Part shown: piece after piece, positions 20,459-30,693 of the stretch
How the letters are laid out: the number at the start of each line of letters is the position of its first letter
Numbering within the stretch: position 1 is the first letter of the stretch
Virus record (IMG/VR): IMGVR_UViG_3300005826_000037
Span: 32,001-96,000 of that record
DNA: 64,000 bases
Direction: 5' to 3' (one strand)
DNA from: a virus
Position numbers and translations under genes: made by a program
Notes under the pieces: generated by a model
What the model was told of the DNA's origin: nothing
The model's input: only the letters and a program-made list of their open reading frames with translations
Database searches by the model: none

Positions 20459-23400
20459 TTATGTAGTGAACGTATAATCATCATATACCAATCCATCAAC
20501 ATGAACCGCATAGTAAGTTTTTTCATCAAAACTAGTACCAGTACTATATGGGCTAATATATGCCAAAGATGTTGCAGATAATGTGTTGTTAATAATATGT
20601 ATTGTTCCCTTTTTAGGCTCTTTTCTAACAAACTTAGACCCTATATAATCTGCAACTGATACTATTATCCAGGACGCTCTATTACCATCAATTACTACAT
20701 ATGAAGAAGTATATGCACAAGTATTAATTTGTTTAGCCTGAACAGATGAATACTCAGCAATTGAATATGCTAAACCTTTATAGTCAAGATTTGTAATTAC
20801 ATTACATGTGTTTCTAGAAATTGTTAACCCAAATTCTTTGTTGTTATCTCTTGTAATATTTGGAGATTCATTAATTATTCTTCTTCCTTCACCAATCCAA
20901 TAACCAATTGCACCACAAATATTATCTTTGATTACACAATTTTGTGCAGCAAGATATGTCGGATACATAGCTTTTACATTGTTAGCAGTAGTATATGTTG
21001 TTGATGTCAAAACTATCATCTGATTTCTATCACATACATTTCTTGAAATCTCAAAATTTCTAATAGTAGGTGGTGTTTGCTCAGATATAGATGTGCTATT
21101 ATTTATAACAGCTATTGCTGCTCTAAAATCATCAACAGTTCCTGAAGACTCTATATTATTAAACTTACAATTTGTTATTTTAACATTCTCTACTAAATCA
21201 CCATTATCTAAATTAAAGTTTATAAATGTCAATCTGTTATCTGTACTAATAAATGCATTTCCAAACTTAAACTCAGTATTATTTATTTCTATATTATACG
21301 CCTCTGTATTTGTAAAATACATAAATCCATTACCATTATTTATCAAATCATCAACATCATAGCTTATCTCTAAACCAGGAACATAAGTATTTTCAATATA
21401 ACAATTTTTAACTAACATATCGTGAAAATAACTATTTTCTACTGAAATTGCTCTTCTAAAATTGCCACTAATTGAGCTTTCACTAAATACAAGATAGCTA
21501 CTATTACCATAAAACTCATTAGTTATATAGAAAACATCACCAGGTCTATATGAACCATTATTAAAATTAACAGTAACATCACTGTTAATAAAACTGAAAT
21601 TACTAATATCATCAAGATTAAATACTCTGCCACCTTCACTCGTTGGGCTTCCATAGGTTGCAGTTATACTACAGTTTTTAAAAGTTATATTGTTAGAAGA
21701 TAATAACTGAGCCAATATATTATCAGTTGGCGTTGTTGATGGATAAAAATAAATTGTACAATTTTCAAAAACTACATTGTTACTTAAAAATATTCCAAGT
21801 AGCTTCTCAAATGTAATTGTCATATTTCTTATCACAATATCATTGCCTGAGATAACTAAATTTTCACTAAAAGTTAATGATGATGTATTTCGACCATCAA
21901 TATTTGCGCTATCTAATGTAATTGGTTTAGTTATTGTTTCTGCAACTTCATTTATGATAATATTGTTATTGTGAGAACCACCATACTTTAACCAATTGAA
22001 AATTGATTCCACACTGTAAAAATTACCTTGTTTTGAATTATTGTTCAAAATAATTGTATCATTAGATTCATTATCATTTACAAATTTTCTAACATCATTC
22101 AATACAAGAGAAATACTAGAGCCGCTAACAGTAGATGAAACTATATAAAGAGGCGTCAAATCTTTTCTATTATTAACAAGATCAGAAAAAGTTATTGCTT
22201 CAATATAATATGAGGAAGTCGTTGCTGGATTATAAGCATTGAAGTTTCTATTTCCACTTGGAGTACTCAATATCGAATCATAATCAAGTGATGGAATTGC
22301 TTGAAAATCTCCCGAATTGCTTACACAAAGAATCCAATTTATATTGTATAGTGTTGAGAAATAAATCTCTTTAATGATCGGTATAGATACCGTCTCATTA
22401 TTCATATAGATTATTTTTCCGCCAACTAATGCAGAACCTCCAGAAAGATAGATCTGACCACTATTTGGATTAGATATAGGAGTCACATCTTGTGCATCAA
22501 ATCCTTTAAAAACACCATTCTGATGAAGTAGCTTATCCGGAAGAGAAATATAATCTAAAGCTGATGTACTAAGTTCATCTTCACTAACATTTCCAAATTG
22601 TCTCTTATCAGTTACATAATTAATATAATTAGTTTCAGTATTATACTGACAACTAGCCACCATCATAATTTCTTTATCAGCACTAAGACTTGGAAATAAT
22701 TGTATATCTACAACTTCTTCTGTTATGTTTGAAAAAGAACCATCCACAGGGAATAATACATCTATATAATCTACATTCGTCTCATCATAAAACCTTAGAA
22801 CTTGACCAAGTCTTCCAGTTGTTGTAGGACCAATATGTGTTAAATTAGTCCCATCATAAGACGCAAGATAACCATCAATCAAACCACTAGAAGAAACCAA
22901 ACTATCTATATATAAAGATATCTTTGTTATCGAACTAAATTGATACCCTCTTAATTTGGGAGATATACCAATTAATTCCATTTTGCTTAATTCAACTGTC
23001 GTTAATCTTAATGGTATAGAATTTACTGTAATGTCACCAGTTCCATTTGTAAATCTTCCACGTTCATGAGCAAATGTCTTTGCTTCCTCATCAACGTAAA
23101 TTTCCAGATATCTCTTGAATGGGGATGCAGTAGTATAATCAGACATATTTTCAGAATTTACAGGCACTGAACCTGAATTGAAATAAATCCTAAAATGACC
23201 GCTACTTGCGCTTGTGTATGGTGAGGAACCTGTTCCATGTACAGCATCATATACAGTAACATCTGTGTAACAATCAACTCCACATTCTGTAAATACAACA
23301 CTAGATACTACAAAACGTCCATAGTCTATATAATTAATAGTAGGAGACATCGGTTGAACCACAACAGTTGAACCTGGTCTAATATTAACTGATGATAATA

Positions 23401-25342
23401 TATTATCTAAAATACGATATGTTGTACTTACTTTACCATTTGGTGCGGGAGTTTCAGATCTTGCAACGATATAACCATCCCAATAACCAAATCCATATCC
23501 ATCTTGTGTCTGTCCTGACTCAAGAGTTAATTTATCTCTTTCAGTTCCATTAACATAGAAATTATTTCTATCAAGAGGAACATAGAGTTTTGTTGGATAT
23601 AGTGCTTGAGCTGAAGAAGAATAACTTACAGAGTATGCAGGGCTAGATATTCCACCATTTAATGGTCCAAGACCAAGAGGATCTACTGGCTCTAATGTTC
23701 CACTTCCAAACAAACCAATTACATTATTAGGGTATGCATAATTAGTTTCTGACTCATCATAATCTCCAGCTGCATCAACTGCACCATCAAGCACTGAAAA
23801 TGCAGCATTACTATATGGATCAGCAAGGGCGATACCAAATTCACCTTGATATGAGAATGCTATAAATCTGTAGTTATATCCTGCTTTTCTAAAAGTATCA
23901 TTAATTGTCTGCACAACAGTATCTAATGTATACTTTCCGGGAGTAACACCAAGGTTTCCTGTAACGTCTATTTCAGGCAAAACTACATATCCATCATCAG
24001 CATTTCCAGTAGGATATAATGCTAAATACAAAAGATAATGTGAAGAATCAATTAAATCTGCATTAAATCCGACACCAAGAGCCATTGCACCTGTTGGATT
24101 TGTAACTATTAAGCTTGCAGGTAATGATATCTCATCATTGTTTGCTGATGCTACAGCCAAAACCCCATATTTATTGTTATTATACAATGGTCTTTCAACC
24201 TTAGCATATCCATCAGTTGTGTAATATAGATTATTACTACTAATTCTTACAAAAAATCTACTAGGAGTTCCTGGAATATACTTCTTCTCTTTGATAAGGA
24301 AAGGAATCTCAACTGTACCATAATTGATCCTTATTATATCTCCAACCTTTGCTAAAGCAAATTGTGAGTCAAATAAGAAGCTTGATGTAGCAGATGAATT
24401 TGGAGTGAATTCTATAATGTCATCACCATATTCGATATTATCAACAGGAGAGCTACTAGAACCATTATTTCTAAGATGTGTAGTAACTTGAGTTGATGGA
24501 ACAATAGTTTGCCCACGTGCATCTGCAGTAAGAACTGCGGATCTAGAAGCTCTAGAAACACCATTAGAATACAGATTCTGAATTCTTGTTCCGTATAAAA
24601 AGATGCTAGCATCATCAAGGTGTTGGGCAAATAATTGCAAATCATTTACTGTTTGTGGTATTACAGAAAATCTAGTTGTATCAAGGTAAATACCAGAAGA
24701 TGTGTGAGCATAATCAGCAGGGTAAGTACCGCCATTATTTGTAGTTATTGAGATTGAAGACGTACCAGACCCATCAGACCATTGGTGATTGAGAACTTCA
24801 GAGTTCAATTCATTCAATGCTGTGTATGAGTCTGTATTATCTCTGTATGTTCTGTATCTACTAAGGAAATAATCTGTTGCACTTTCACTGACACTAATTC
24901 CACTAAGTGGATGCTTATAAGTTATACCAAGAATATGTGGTTCTAACTTTATTCCTGTTAAAGATATCCATGAAATAGAAGTATTTATATCACCAGCAAG
25001 ATCTCTAGTATAATTAAATAAATCAGCAGTTTTATAATCAAGAGATAATTTAGATTCAGGAATTCCTGCATTGTTCGCTATTTGTGGGTTTGTAATTGGT
25101 AGAGTAACTAAACCTAAACTTGTTAATGCAGATGGTTTTATATATCCATCTGCTCCAATAGAAATCCCAAGCCTATTGGCAAGAGTACCTGCGCTTCCAG
25201 ATAAACCCAATCCAAACTCAGCTTGCATATTAAATATGGCTTCGCGACATCCATTTATAGCTTCATCACCAATTTCAGTTATATTATTGTTAACTGGAGG
25301 AAGTGTTGTGTCATCATCATAATCGTTAGGGTAGTTACTCAT
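20459..25342 (-). CDS. giant tail fibre/tailspike-like protein with C-terminal right-handed beta-helix
   Basis: 1627 aa, S/T/N/Y-rich; repeated rungs such as NVVFENCTI, NITFKNCSI, NVKITNCKF; 6 DGY. Confidence 0.65.
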   Translation of the reverse strand: MSNYPNDYDDDTTLPPVNNNITEIGDEAINGCREAIFNMQAEFGLGLSGSAGTLANRLGISIGADGYIKPSALTSLGLVTLPITNPQIANNAGIPESKLSLDYKTADLFNYTRDLAGDINTSISWISLTGIKLEPHILGITYKHPLSGISVSESATDYFLSRYRTYRDNTDSYTALNELNSEVLNHQWSDGSGTSSISITTNNGGTYPADYAHTSSGIYLDTTRFSVIPQTVNDLQLFAQHLDDASIFLYGTRIQNLYSNGVSRASRSAVLTADARGQTIVPSTQVTTHLRNNGSSSSPVDNIEYGDDIIEFTPNSSATSSFLFDSQFALAKVGDIIRINYGTVEIPFLIKEKKYIPGTPSRFFVRISSNNLYYTTDGYAKVERPLYNNNKYGVLAVASANNDEISLPASLIVTNPTGAMALGVGFNADLIDSSHYLLYLALYPTGNADDGYVVLPEIDVTGNLGVTPGKYTLDTVVQTINDTFRKAGYNYRFIAFSYQGEFGIALADPYSNAAFSVLDGAVDAAGDYDESETNYAYPNNVIGLFGSGTLEPVDPLGLGPLNGGISSPAYSVSYSSSAQALYPTKLYVPLDRNNFYVNGTERDKLTLESGQTQDGYGFGYWDGYIVARSETPAPNGKVSTTYRILDNILSSVNIRPGSTVVVQPMSPTINYIDYGRFVVSSVVFTECGVDCYTDVTVYDAVHGTGSSPYTSASSGHFRIYFNSGSVPVNSENMSDYTTASPFKRYLEIYVDEEAKTFAHERGRFTNGTGDITVNSIPLRLTTVELSKMELIGISPKLRGYQFSSITKISLYIDSLVSSSGLIDGYLASYDGTNLTHIGPTTTGRLGQVLRFYDETNVDYIDVLFPVDGSFSNITEEVVDIQLFPSLSADKEIMMVASCQYNTETNYINYVTDKRQFGNVSEDELSTSALDYISLPDKLLHQNGVFKGFDAQDVTPISNPNSGQIYLSGGSALVGGKIIYMNNETVSIPIIKEIYFSTLYNINWILCVSNSGDFQAIPSLDYDSILSTPSGNRNFNAYNPATTSSYYIEAITFSDLVNNRKDLTPLYIVSSTVSGSSISLVLNDVRKFVNDNESNDTIILNNNSKQGNFYSVESIFNWLKYGGSHNNNIIINEVAETITKPITLDSANIDGRNTSSLTFSENLVISGNDIVIRNMTITFEKLLGIFLSNNVVFENCTIYFYPSTTPTDNILAQLLSSNNITFKNCSITATYGSPTSEGGRVFNLDDISNFSFINSDVTVNFNNGSYRPGDVFYITNEFYGNSSYLVFSESSISGNFRRAISVENSYFHDMLVKNCYIENTYVPGLEISYDVDDLINNGNGFMYFTNTEAYNIEINNTEFKFGNAFISTDNRLTFINFNLDNGDLVENVKITNCKFNNIESSGTVDDFRAAIAVINNSTSISEQTPPTIRNFEISRNVCDRNQMIVLTSTTYTTANNVKAMYPTYLAAQNCVIKDNICGAIGYWIGEGRRIINESPNITRDNNKEFGLTISRNTCNVITNLDYKGLAYSIAEYSSVQAKQINTCAYTSSYVVIDGNRASWIIVSVADYIGSKFVRKEPKKGTIHIINNTLSATSLAYISPYSTGTSFDEKTYYAVHVDGLVYDDYTFTT

Positions 25343-25379
25343 ATCTCACCATTTCTCTTTTCAATTATATATAACTGAA

Positions 25380-25742
25380 TTATTCTTCGCTTATTTTGCC
25401 TTTTGTGAGTGATGCAATTTTATCTCCAATTGCTGCTTTAACCCATCTCCATACAAATCCAGCCAAAAGACCTGCACATAAACCAAAAGCCAATCTACCA
25501 CTAGCAGATGAAATCTCTAATGGATAAGGATATTGTTTAGCAAAAAACGCTCCTAATAGACCTAATACTACTGGTAAAATAGGTAGAATTAAATTTGCCC
25601 ATAAGTGATTTTCTTTTGGTGACATATTATACTTTTGTAATACATAATCTACAACATTTCTTACTACAAAAGTTACTGCTGACACAGCGATACAAAACAA
25701 AACAAACTGCCAACTAAAAAGGGCTTCCAATGCACTGTCCAT
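25380..25742 (-). CDS. small membrane protein with 3 hydrophobic segments (holin-like)
   Basis: 120 aa; three hydrophobic stretches and a charged C-terminus; SD AAGGAG. Confidence 0.5.
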   Translation of the reverse strand: MDSALEALFSWQFVLFCIAVSAVTFVVRNVVDYVLQKYNMSPKENHLWANLILPILPVVLGLLGAFFAKQYPYPLEISSASGRLAFGLCAGLLAGFVWRWVKAAIGDKIASLTKGKISEE

Positions 25743-25778
25743 GATTTTCTCCTTACGAGTTATGCAAAAGAATTGATA

Positions 25779-27221
25779 TTAAGCTACTTTAACTAAATCC
25801 ATTTTAACATGAATGTTCCAGTATGAGGTAATACCACCAGTGGTATTATATGAGGTCCTAATAACAATATCATTACCTGTAAGATTATATATAGGAGCGG
25901 CACTCCAAGTACCACCAGTAGATGAATGAACTGTAGTTATACCAGTTTGAGTTACAGAGCCTGTTATCCTATTTGTAGCAAGAATTTGTTTTTTCTGATA
26001 ACAATTTCCATTACTACCAACACCAACTGCAGTAATTTCAATCAATGCAGCAGAATATTGAGGCATTGTTATTGTCAAAACATCTACCGTCGCCGTAGTT
26101 GCTGTAGCATTTACCTGATATCCATCTCCAGGATTATCAAGATTGTCTCCTACTTTATAAGAATCGGCAAGTGCCTCTGATACTCCTAATGAATAATCAT
26201 TATTATCAGTTTGTACTACACGAAGTTTTCCAGCAGTTGAATATAATATAGAACCTGTATAATTTGGACCCCTTGTAGGTGTTGGTGATGAATTGCCAAT
26301 ATAAATAATTTTACTACCAGTATTTTCAGGTAATCTACTAGTAAGTGTCGTTGTGTCTGAACAAAATGCAACTACTTTTCTACTACCAATTTCTCCAATT
26401 GACTGAATTTCTTCTACAAATAATAAAATATCACTACTATTATTTGCCTGTGTACCAATCCAAACTCCTCCATGCAATTCAGAAGAAGAATACCCTCCTC
26501 CCAAATATAACCTTCCTCCTTTATCAACCGTAGAACCTTGAGCCCTAAGTTTTAAACCATTTCCAACTCCTGTTGTTCTAGAACTATAAAATCCAATATT
26601 ATAACTATCTAAAATACTACCTTCAAATAATATATTTGAACAATTTACAGTCAACACTGAATCTCCATCACCAGTTACACTGACAATTTCTATATTATTT
26701 GATGTTCCGCTTACATCTCCACCAACTACTAAATTTCCAGGAACCCATTGACTTCCACTCCAATATAAAACATTATTTGTCGATGGAGAAGAACTACTAA
26801 TAGCATTTCCTCTAAGTTTAATTACAGATACAGAATTATAAGATCCACTAATATCACCCCCCAAAGAAACAGGTCCCCAACCAGAACCGTTATATCCTAA
26901 TATCTGACCAGATGTAGGAGATGAAGATAATACCGGTGTTGCCTGTAATCTTGAGACTAATGGAGAAGAATAAGTTCCTCCCAAATCTCCTGTCAATTTT
27001 ATTCCACCAGTTACTGATGCTGTTGCATTAGGGAATACTCCAGGAATATAACCAGAAATAGCTGTAAGTGCCGATTGTATATCTGTATATGGAGTTCCAT
27101 CAATTGTTACAGAACAAGCAATTGCTCCGCCCAAATGTTGATATGCGTATCCATCAACATGATTTTGAAAATCATATCGACTAGTTGCTAATTGCCCAAT
27201 TCCCGGTCTATAATTTCCCAT
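25779..27221 (-). CDS. fibre-like virion protein with internal GD(L/I/V)xG repeats
   Basis: Repeats LTGDLGGTYSSPLVSRLQ / LGGDISGSYNSVSVIKLR / VGGDVSGTSNNIEIVSVT; G/S/T-rich. Confidence 0.6.
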   Translation of the reverse strand: MGNYRPGIGQLATSRYDFQNHVDGYAYQHLGGAIACSVTIDGTPYTDIQSALTAISGYIPGVFPNATASVTGGIKLTGDLGGTYSSPLVSRLQATPVLSSSPTSGQILGYNGSGWGPVSLGGDISGSYNSVSVIKLRGNAISSSSPSTNNVLYWSGSQWVPGNLVVGGDVSGTSNNIEIVSVTGDGDSVLTVNCSNILFEGSILDSYNIGFYSSRTTGVGNGLKLRAQGSTVDKGGRLYLGGGYSSSELHGGVWIGTQANNSSDILLFVEEIQSIGEIGSRKVVAFCSDTTTLTSRLPENTGSKIIYIGNSSPTPTRGPNYTGSILYSTAGKLRVVQTDNNDYSLGVSEALADSYKVGDNLDNPGDGYQVNATATTATVDVLTITMPQYSAALIEITAVGVGSNGNCYQKKQILATNRITGSVTQTGITTVHSSTGGTWSAAPIYNLTGNDIVIRTSYNTTGGITSYWNIHVKMDLVKVA

Positions 27222-27232
27222 TATTTTATTCC

Positions 27233-29242
27233 TTAAGGTAACACAATAGTGTGCGTATGACCCAATACAATCGATACAACACCTGCAATAATTTGATGAT
27301 TATGTCCTTGTGAAACATTTGTAGTTTGATTTATTTGAGAAATTGATGTAATACCTTCGTTTACAACAATCTCATGAGTATGTGGCAGGATATTTGAAGC
27401 AACACCAATACTTGTATTCAACTTTGAAGGAAACATACTAGTATCGCTAAATATTCTTATTTGATAAGCTGGATCAAACTTTCTAATTCTTTGCGCCCTA
27501 AATTTTTGACCGCCTTGCTGCCCAATCATAGTATTATTTCTAGTTACAGATAATACTTCATACCTATACTCTTCATTTCCATTAAGGTCATATAATACTA
27601 TAATATCCCTATCTTTTATAGTAGGAACTGTAAGTGTCCAAAATTCTGTCTGAAACTCAGACTCCAAACCAGCTTCTGTCATTTTTACATCTTCTTCGGT
27701 TGGTCCAGGTCTTACCAAAATTCTACCATCAGATCTTCTTGGATTAAAATATTGTTCATATCCAATGACAAATTTAGTACCATGACATAATGGGCATCTA
27801 TCATCTGGATACTCACTAGACTCAAGATAACAAGAGCAAGTTATTCCTGTTCTAGTTCTCTTAATAAGAACTGCTTGTTTACCAGTATTATCTAAAAGAA
27901 CCTCTTGACGTTGATTATTATGATCTTGAACAGAGAATCCTCTAAGTACATTATAATTTCCATACTTATCAATACATCCCATTTCTCCACCAATATAACT
28001 TCCAACACATGTTCCATTTAATAATTGAACTGGATCTGTTCTATGATATCCGGCATAATCATACCTTGGAAAATCTATATTTTCTTCATCACTCACACTT
28101 AAATCAGATGTTAATAAATCTTTTGTTACTTGATGATATCCGTCCGTCGCTGTGTATGGATAATTGGGATATTCAAATCTTGACTCACACAAAAATATAT
28201 TGTCATATTTTGTATCCTCTCCCGATACAAAATAAATAACAGCAGGATTCCAATATAAATCACCATCATAGCCATCTGTATTATGTAATGTAGCAGTAGT
28301 TCCGCTATACCCTCTACCTCCAGCAATTGTTTCAGATCCATCAACACCAATGATAAATGAATCCCCTTCAACAAATGGATATCCATCATATTCAACTATT
28401 GAAAAACTAAATATTCCATTGGATATGTTATAACCATCAGCTGTCCAAATATATGGGTCTGAATATCCATCCCTTACAGCGCCAACATAAGGGTTTGTAT
28501 AACCATCTTTAACATATCCATCAGTAGGATAAACAACTCCAGAATATGACCCAACAGATATAAACTTTGCAGTTGATTCTATTGGATTTCCATATCCATC
28601 TTTTTGAACAGAAATACATTGTATTTTCCATGTTTCTGTTATTGCGCTAAGATCTTCCAGAGTTAAATTAGCTAGATATCCATCACCAACATTTCCATAT
28701 GAAGGAAGATAATTAGATCCTCCTTGATCTATAAAATGAGCGCTGATAAACGTATCACCAGGAACACCTAATGTATTAGCTATAGAATTTGTAGTTGTAT
28801 AATGAATTAATTCTGCACCAATTCTTACAACTCCTTCATCAGGAAAATCAGTAACATCCATTAGTGGGATTATTAAATCAGTACTTGTTATATTGTTCGC
28901 TAATAAACTACTAGGAACAATTCTTAAATTATCGTAAGCAACCAATAAATTTGTTAAATCGGTCACTGACTCATCATATTCCACAGCTCTAACGGAAAAG
29001 AAATACAATTGTCCTGGAGTTAAATCAATGATGTTTGCTTCTGTAGCACCATCAATAGATACATACTTAACACCCTCAGAAAATACATCTTCCTTAATTG
29101 TAGAATAATAAATATAATAGGCGATACTATTTGTAGATATTGTTGGGTACGCTTGGTGCCACTTCAAATTAATGGTATAGCCATCGCCCAAGCTGGTTAA
29201 AGCATCTAAACCGCCAATTATAGGTGATGGATAAAAAACCAT
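27233..29242 (-). CDS. putative neck/head-closure protein with FN3-like N-terminus, sheath-derived insert and His-rich tail
   Basis: LKWHQA...YYIYY...LTPGQLYFFSVRAV (FN3-like); CSC...CPLCHGT; PTIKDRDIIV...RYEVLSVT; HTH/HNH/HTH C-terminus; 10 DGY. Confidence 0.6.
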   Translation of the reverse strand: MVFYPSPIIGGLDALTSLGDGYTINLKWHQAYPTISTNSIAYYIYYSTIKEDVFSEGVKYVSIDGATEANIIDLTPGQLYFFSVRAVEYDESVTDLTNLLVAYDNLRIVPSSLLANNITSTDLIIPLMDVTDFPDEGVVRIGAELIHYTTTNSIANTLGVPGDTFISAHFIDQGGSNYLPSYGNVGDGYLANLTLEDLSAITETWKIQCISVQKDGYGNPIESTAKFISVGSYSGVVYPTDGYVKDGYTNPYVGAVRDGYSDPYIWTADGYNISNGIFSFSIVEYDGYPFVEGDSFIIGVDGSETIAGGRGYSGTTATLHNTDGYDGDLYWNPAVIYFVSGEDTKYDNIFLCESRFEYPNYPYTATDGYHQVTKDLLTSDLSVSDEENIDFPRYDYAGYHRTDPVQLLNGTCVGSYIGGEMGCIDKYGNYNVLRGFSVQDHNNQRQEVLLDNTGKQAVLIKRTRTGITCSCYLESSEYPDDRCPLCHGTKFVIGYEQYFNPRRSDGRILVRPGPTEEDVKMTEAGLESEFQTEFWTLTVPTIKDRDIIVLYDLNGNEEYRYEVLSVTRNNTMIGQQGGQKFRAQRIRKFDPAYQIRIFSDTSMFPSKLNTSIGVASNILPHTHEIVVNEGITSISQINQTTNVSQGHNHQIIAGVVSIVLGHTHTIVLP

Positions 29243-29754
29243 TAGATCTTCTCCAACAAAATATTCTCAAGCTTGTCTTTCTCATTATCATCGTCAATAT
29301 CATGATGATTTAACAAATGATCAACATATTTTTCTGCTTCATCTTCTCCAAAATGTTCAGATATATAGCTTATTTGATTCTGAAAGCCCTCTTGCTCAAA
29401 AGGGTTATCAAGATATTTTCCATAGTCTGAGCTTTGCGTTGGCTTGTCTCCAGATGTTTGTTGCAAATAATGAGTGATCTCATGTATTAAATATGAAGCA
29501 TCTTTTAAATCCAAACCATCTTCAAGCAACTTATAATTAATATATATAATTCCGTGGTCACATTTTGCACTAACATCCAAATCTTTAAAATACATCGGAA
29601 TAAAATCAATCTCATTGAGATCTATATTATATTCTGAAAATATCTTTTGCATAACAGGATCTTTTTTTACAATCCCTTTTAACTTATTAATCAAAATAAG
29701 AAGTGCTTCTGGCGGCAAAGATTTAACATCTTCTATAGATATTTTTTTAGACAT
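29242..29754 (-). CDS. small zinc metallopeptidase-like protein
   Basis: LIHEITHYLQ (HExxH) plus YLDNPFEQEGF; start either 29754 or 29766. Confidence 0.6.
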   Translation of the reverse strand: MSKKISIEDVKSLPPEALLILINKLKGIVKKDPVMQKIFSEYNIDLNEIDFIPMYFKDLDVSAKCDHGIIYINYKLLEDGLDLKDASYLIHEITHYLQQTSGDKPTQSSDYGKYLDNPFEQEGFQNQISYISEHFGEDEAEKYVDHLLNHHDIDDDNEKDKLENILLEKI

Positions 29755-29813
29755 GATATTATGCATATCTTGTTATTAGATGTATCGGCTAAAACATTGC
29801 ATGGAGTTAATAT

Positions 29814-30653
29814 ATGGGAATAAAATTTGAAAAAAAGATATATGATGAATCATTCGAAAAAGAAGTGGTAAAAAAATATATAGAGGTACAATCAATCAAA
29901 AAAACATCATATGAATTCGAAATATCAACAAGGCAAATAACTAATATTTTAGATAAACATAGTATTGCACACAATATAACCAGAAAAATACAAATGAATG
30001 AAGAATATTTTGATAAAAATGATGATGAGATTATTGGAAATGATGTTATGTACTGGGCAGGATTCATTGCTGCTGATGGAAATGTTATGAATAATTCAAA
30101 TACACGAAGTTATTTTTTAACAATAAAATTATCTAAAAAAGATAAAAACCATCTTGAACAGTTCAGAAAATGTATTCAAACAAATGCTACAATAAAAGAC
30201 AAAACGCATCCTTCTAAATACTATTTAGACAGATATTGGAAAAAAACTTATTCTAGCACTATTGTTCTTAATTCAAAATACCTAGTTAACTCACTAACAA
30301 AATATAACATCATCCCTAATAAAACTAAAATATATGAATTCCCACAAATACTAAAAGAACATAAATTTGTAAATTCTTTCATAAGAGGATATTTAGATGG
30401 TGATGGCAGTATTTCTTTTAAAAACGAATCATTAAGAATCAATTTTTATGGAACACAAAATTGCCTAACAAATATATCTGAAGTTATAACAAATGAATGT
30501 GGTATATCAATACACTCTCCTTTTAAAAATAGAACCATTTATAGTTTAGAATATAATAGTCAAGATGCTGTTTTATTAGCAAAATGGTTGTACAAAAAAC
30601 AAAATATATATTTGGAAAGAAAATTCAAACTTATTGAAAACCTAATAAAATAG
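29814..30653 (+). CDS. free-standing LAGLIDADG homing endonuclease
   Basis: YWAGFIAADG and FIRGYLDGDG motifs; N-terminal HTH-like segment. Confidence 0.9.
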   Translation: MGIKFEKKIYDESFEKEVVKKYIEVQSIKKTSYEFEISTRQITNILDKHSIAHNITRKIQMNEEYFDKNDDEIIGNDVMYWAGFIAADGNVMNNSNTRSYFLTIKLSKKDKNHLEQFRKCIQTNATIKDKTHPSKYYLDRYWKKTYSSTIVLNSKYLVNSLTKYNIIPNKTKIYEFPQILKEHKFVNSFIRGYLDGDGSISFKNESLRINFYGTQNCLTNISEVITNECGISIHSPFKNRTIYSLEYNSQDAVLLAKWLYKKQNIYLERKFKLIENLIK

Positions 30654-30693
30654 TCATATTTGCACATACAATAGCAAGTCAAGGAGAATAACT

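Noticed and set aside
20440-20470. Sequencing frameshift or stop readthrough joining the giant fibre to the next ORF
   Set aside because: The ORFs are in different frames and a clean SD (AAGGAG) precedes the downstream ATG.
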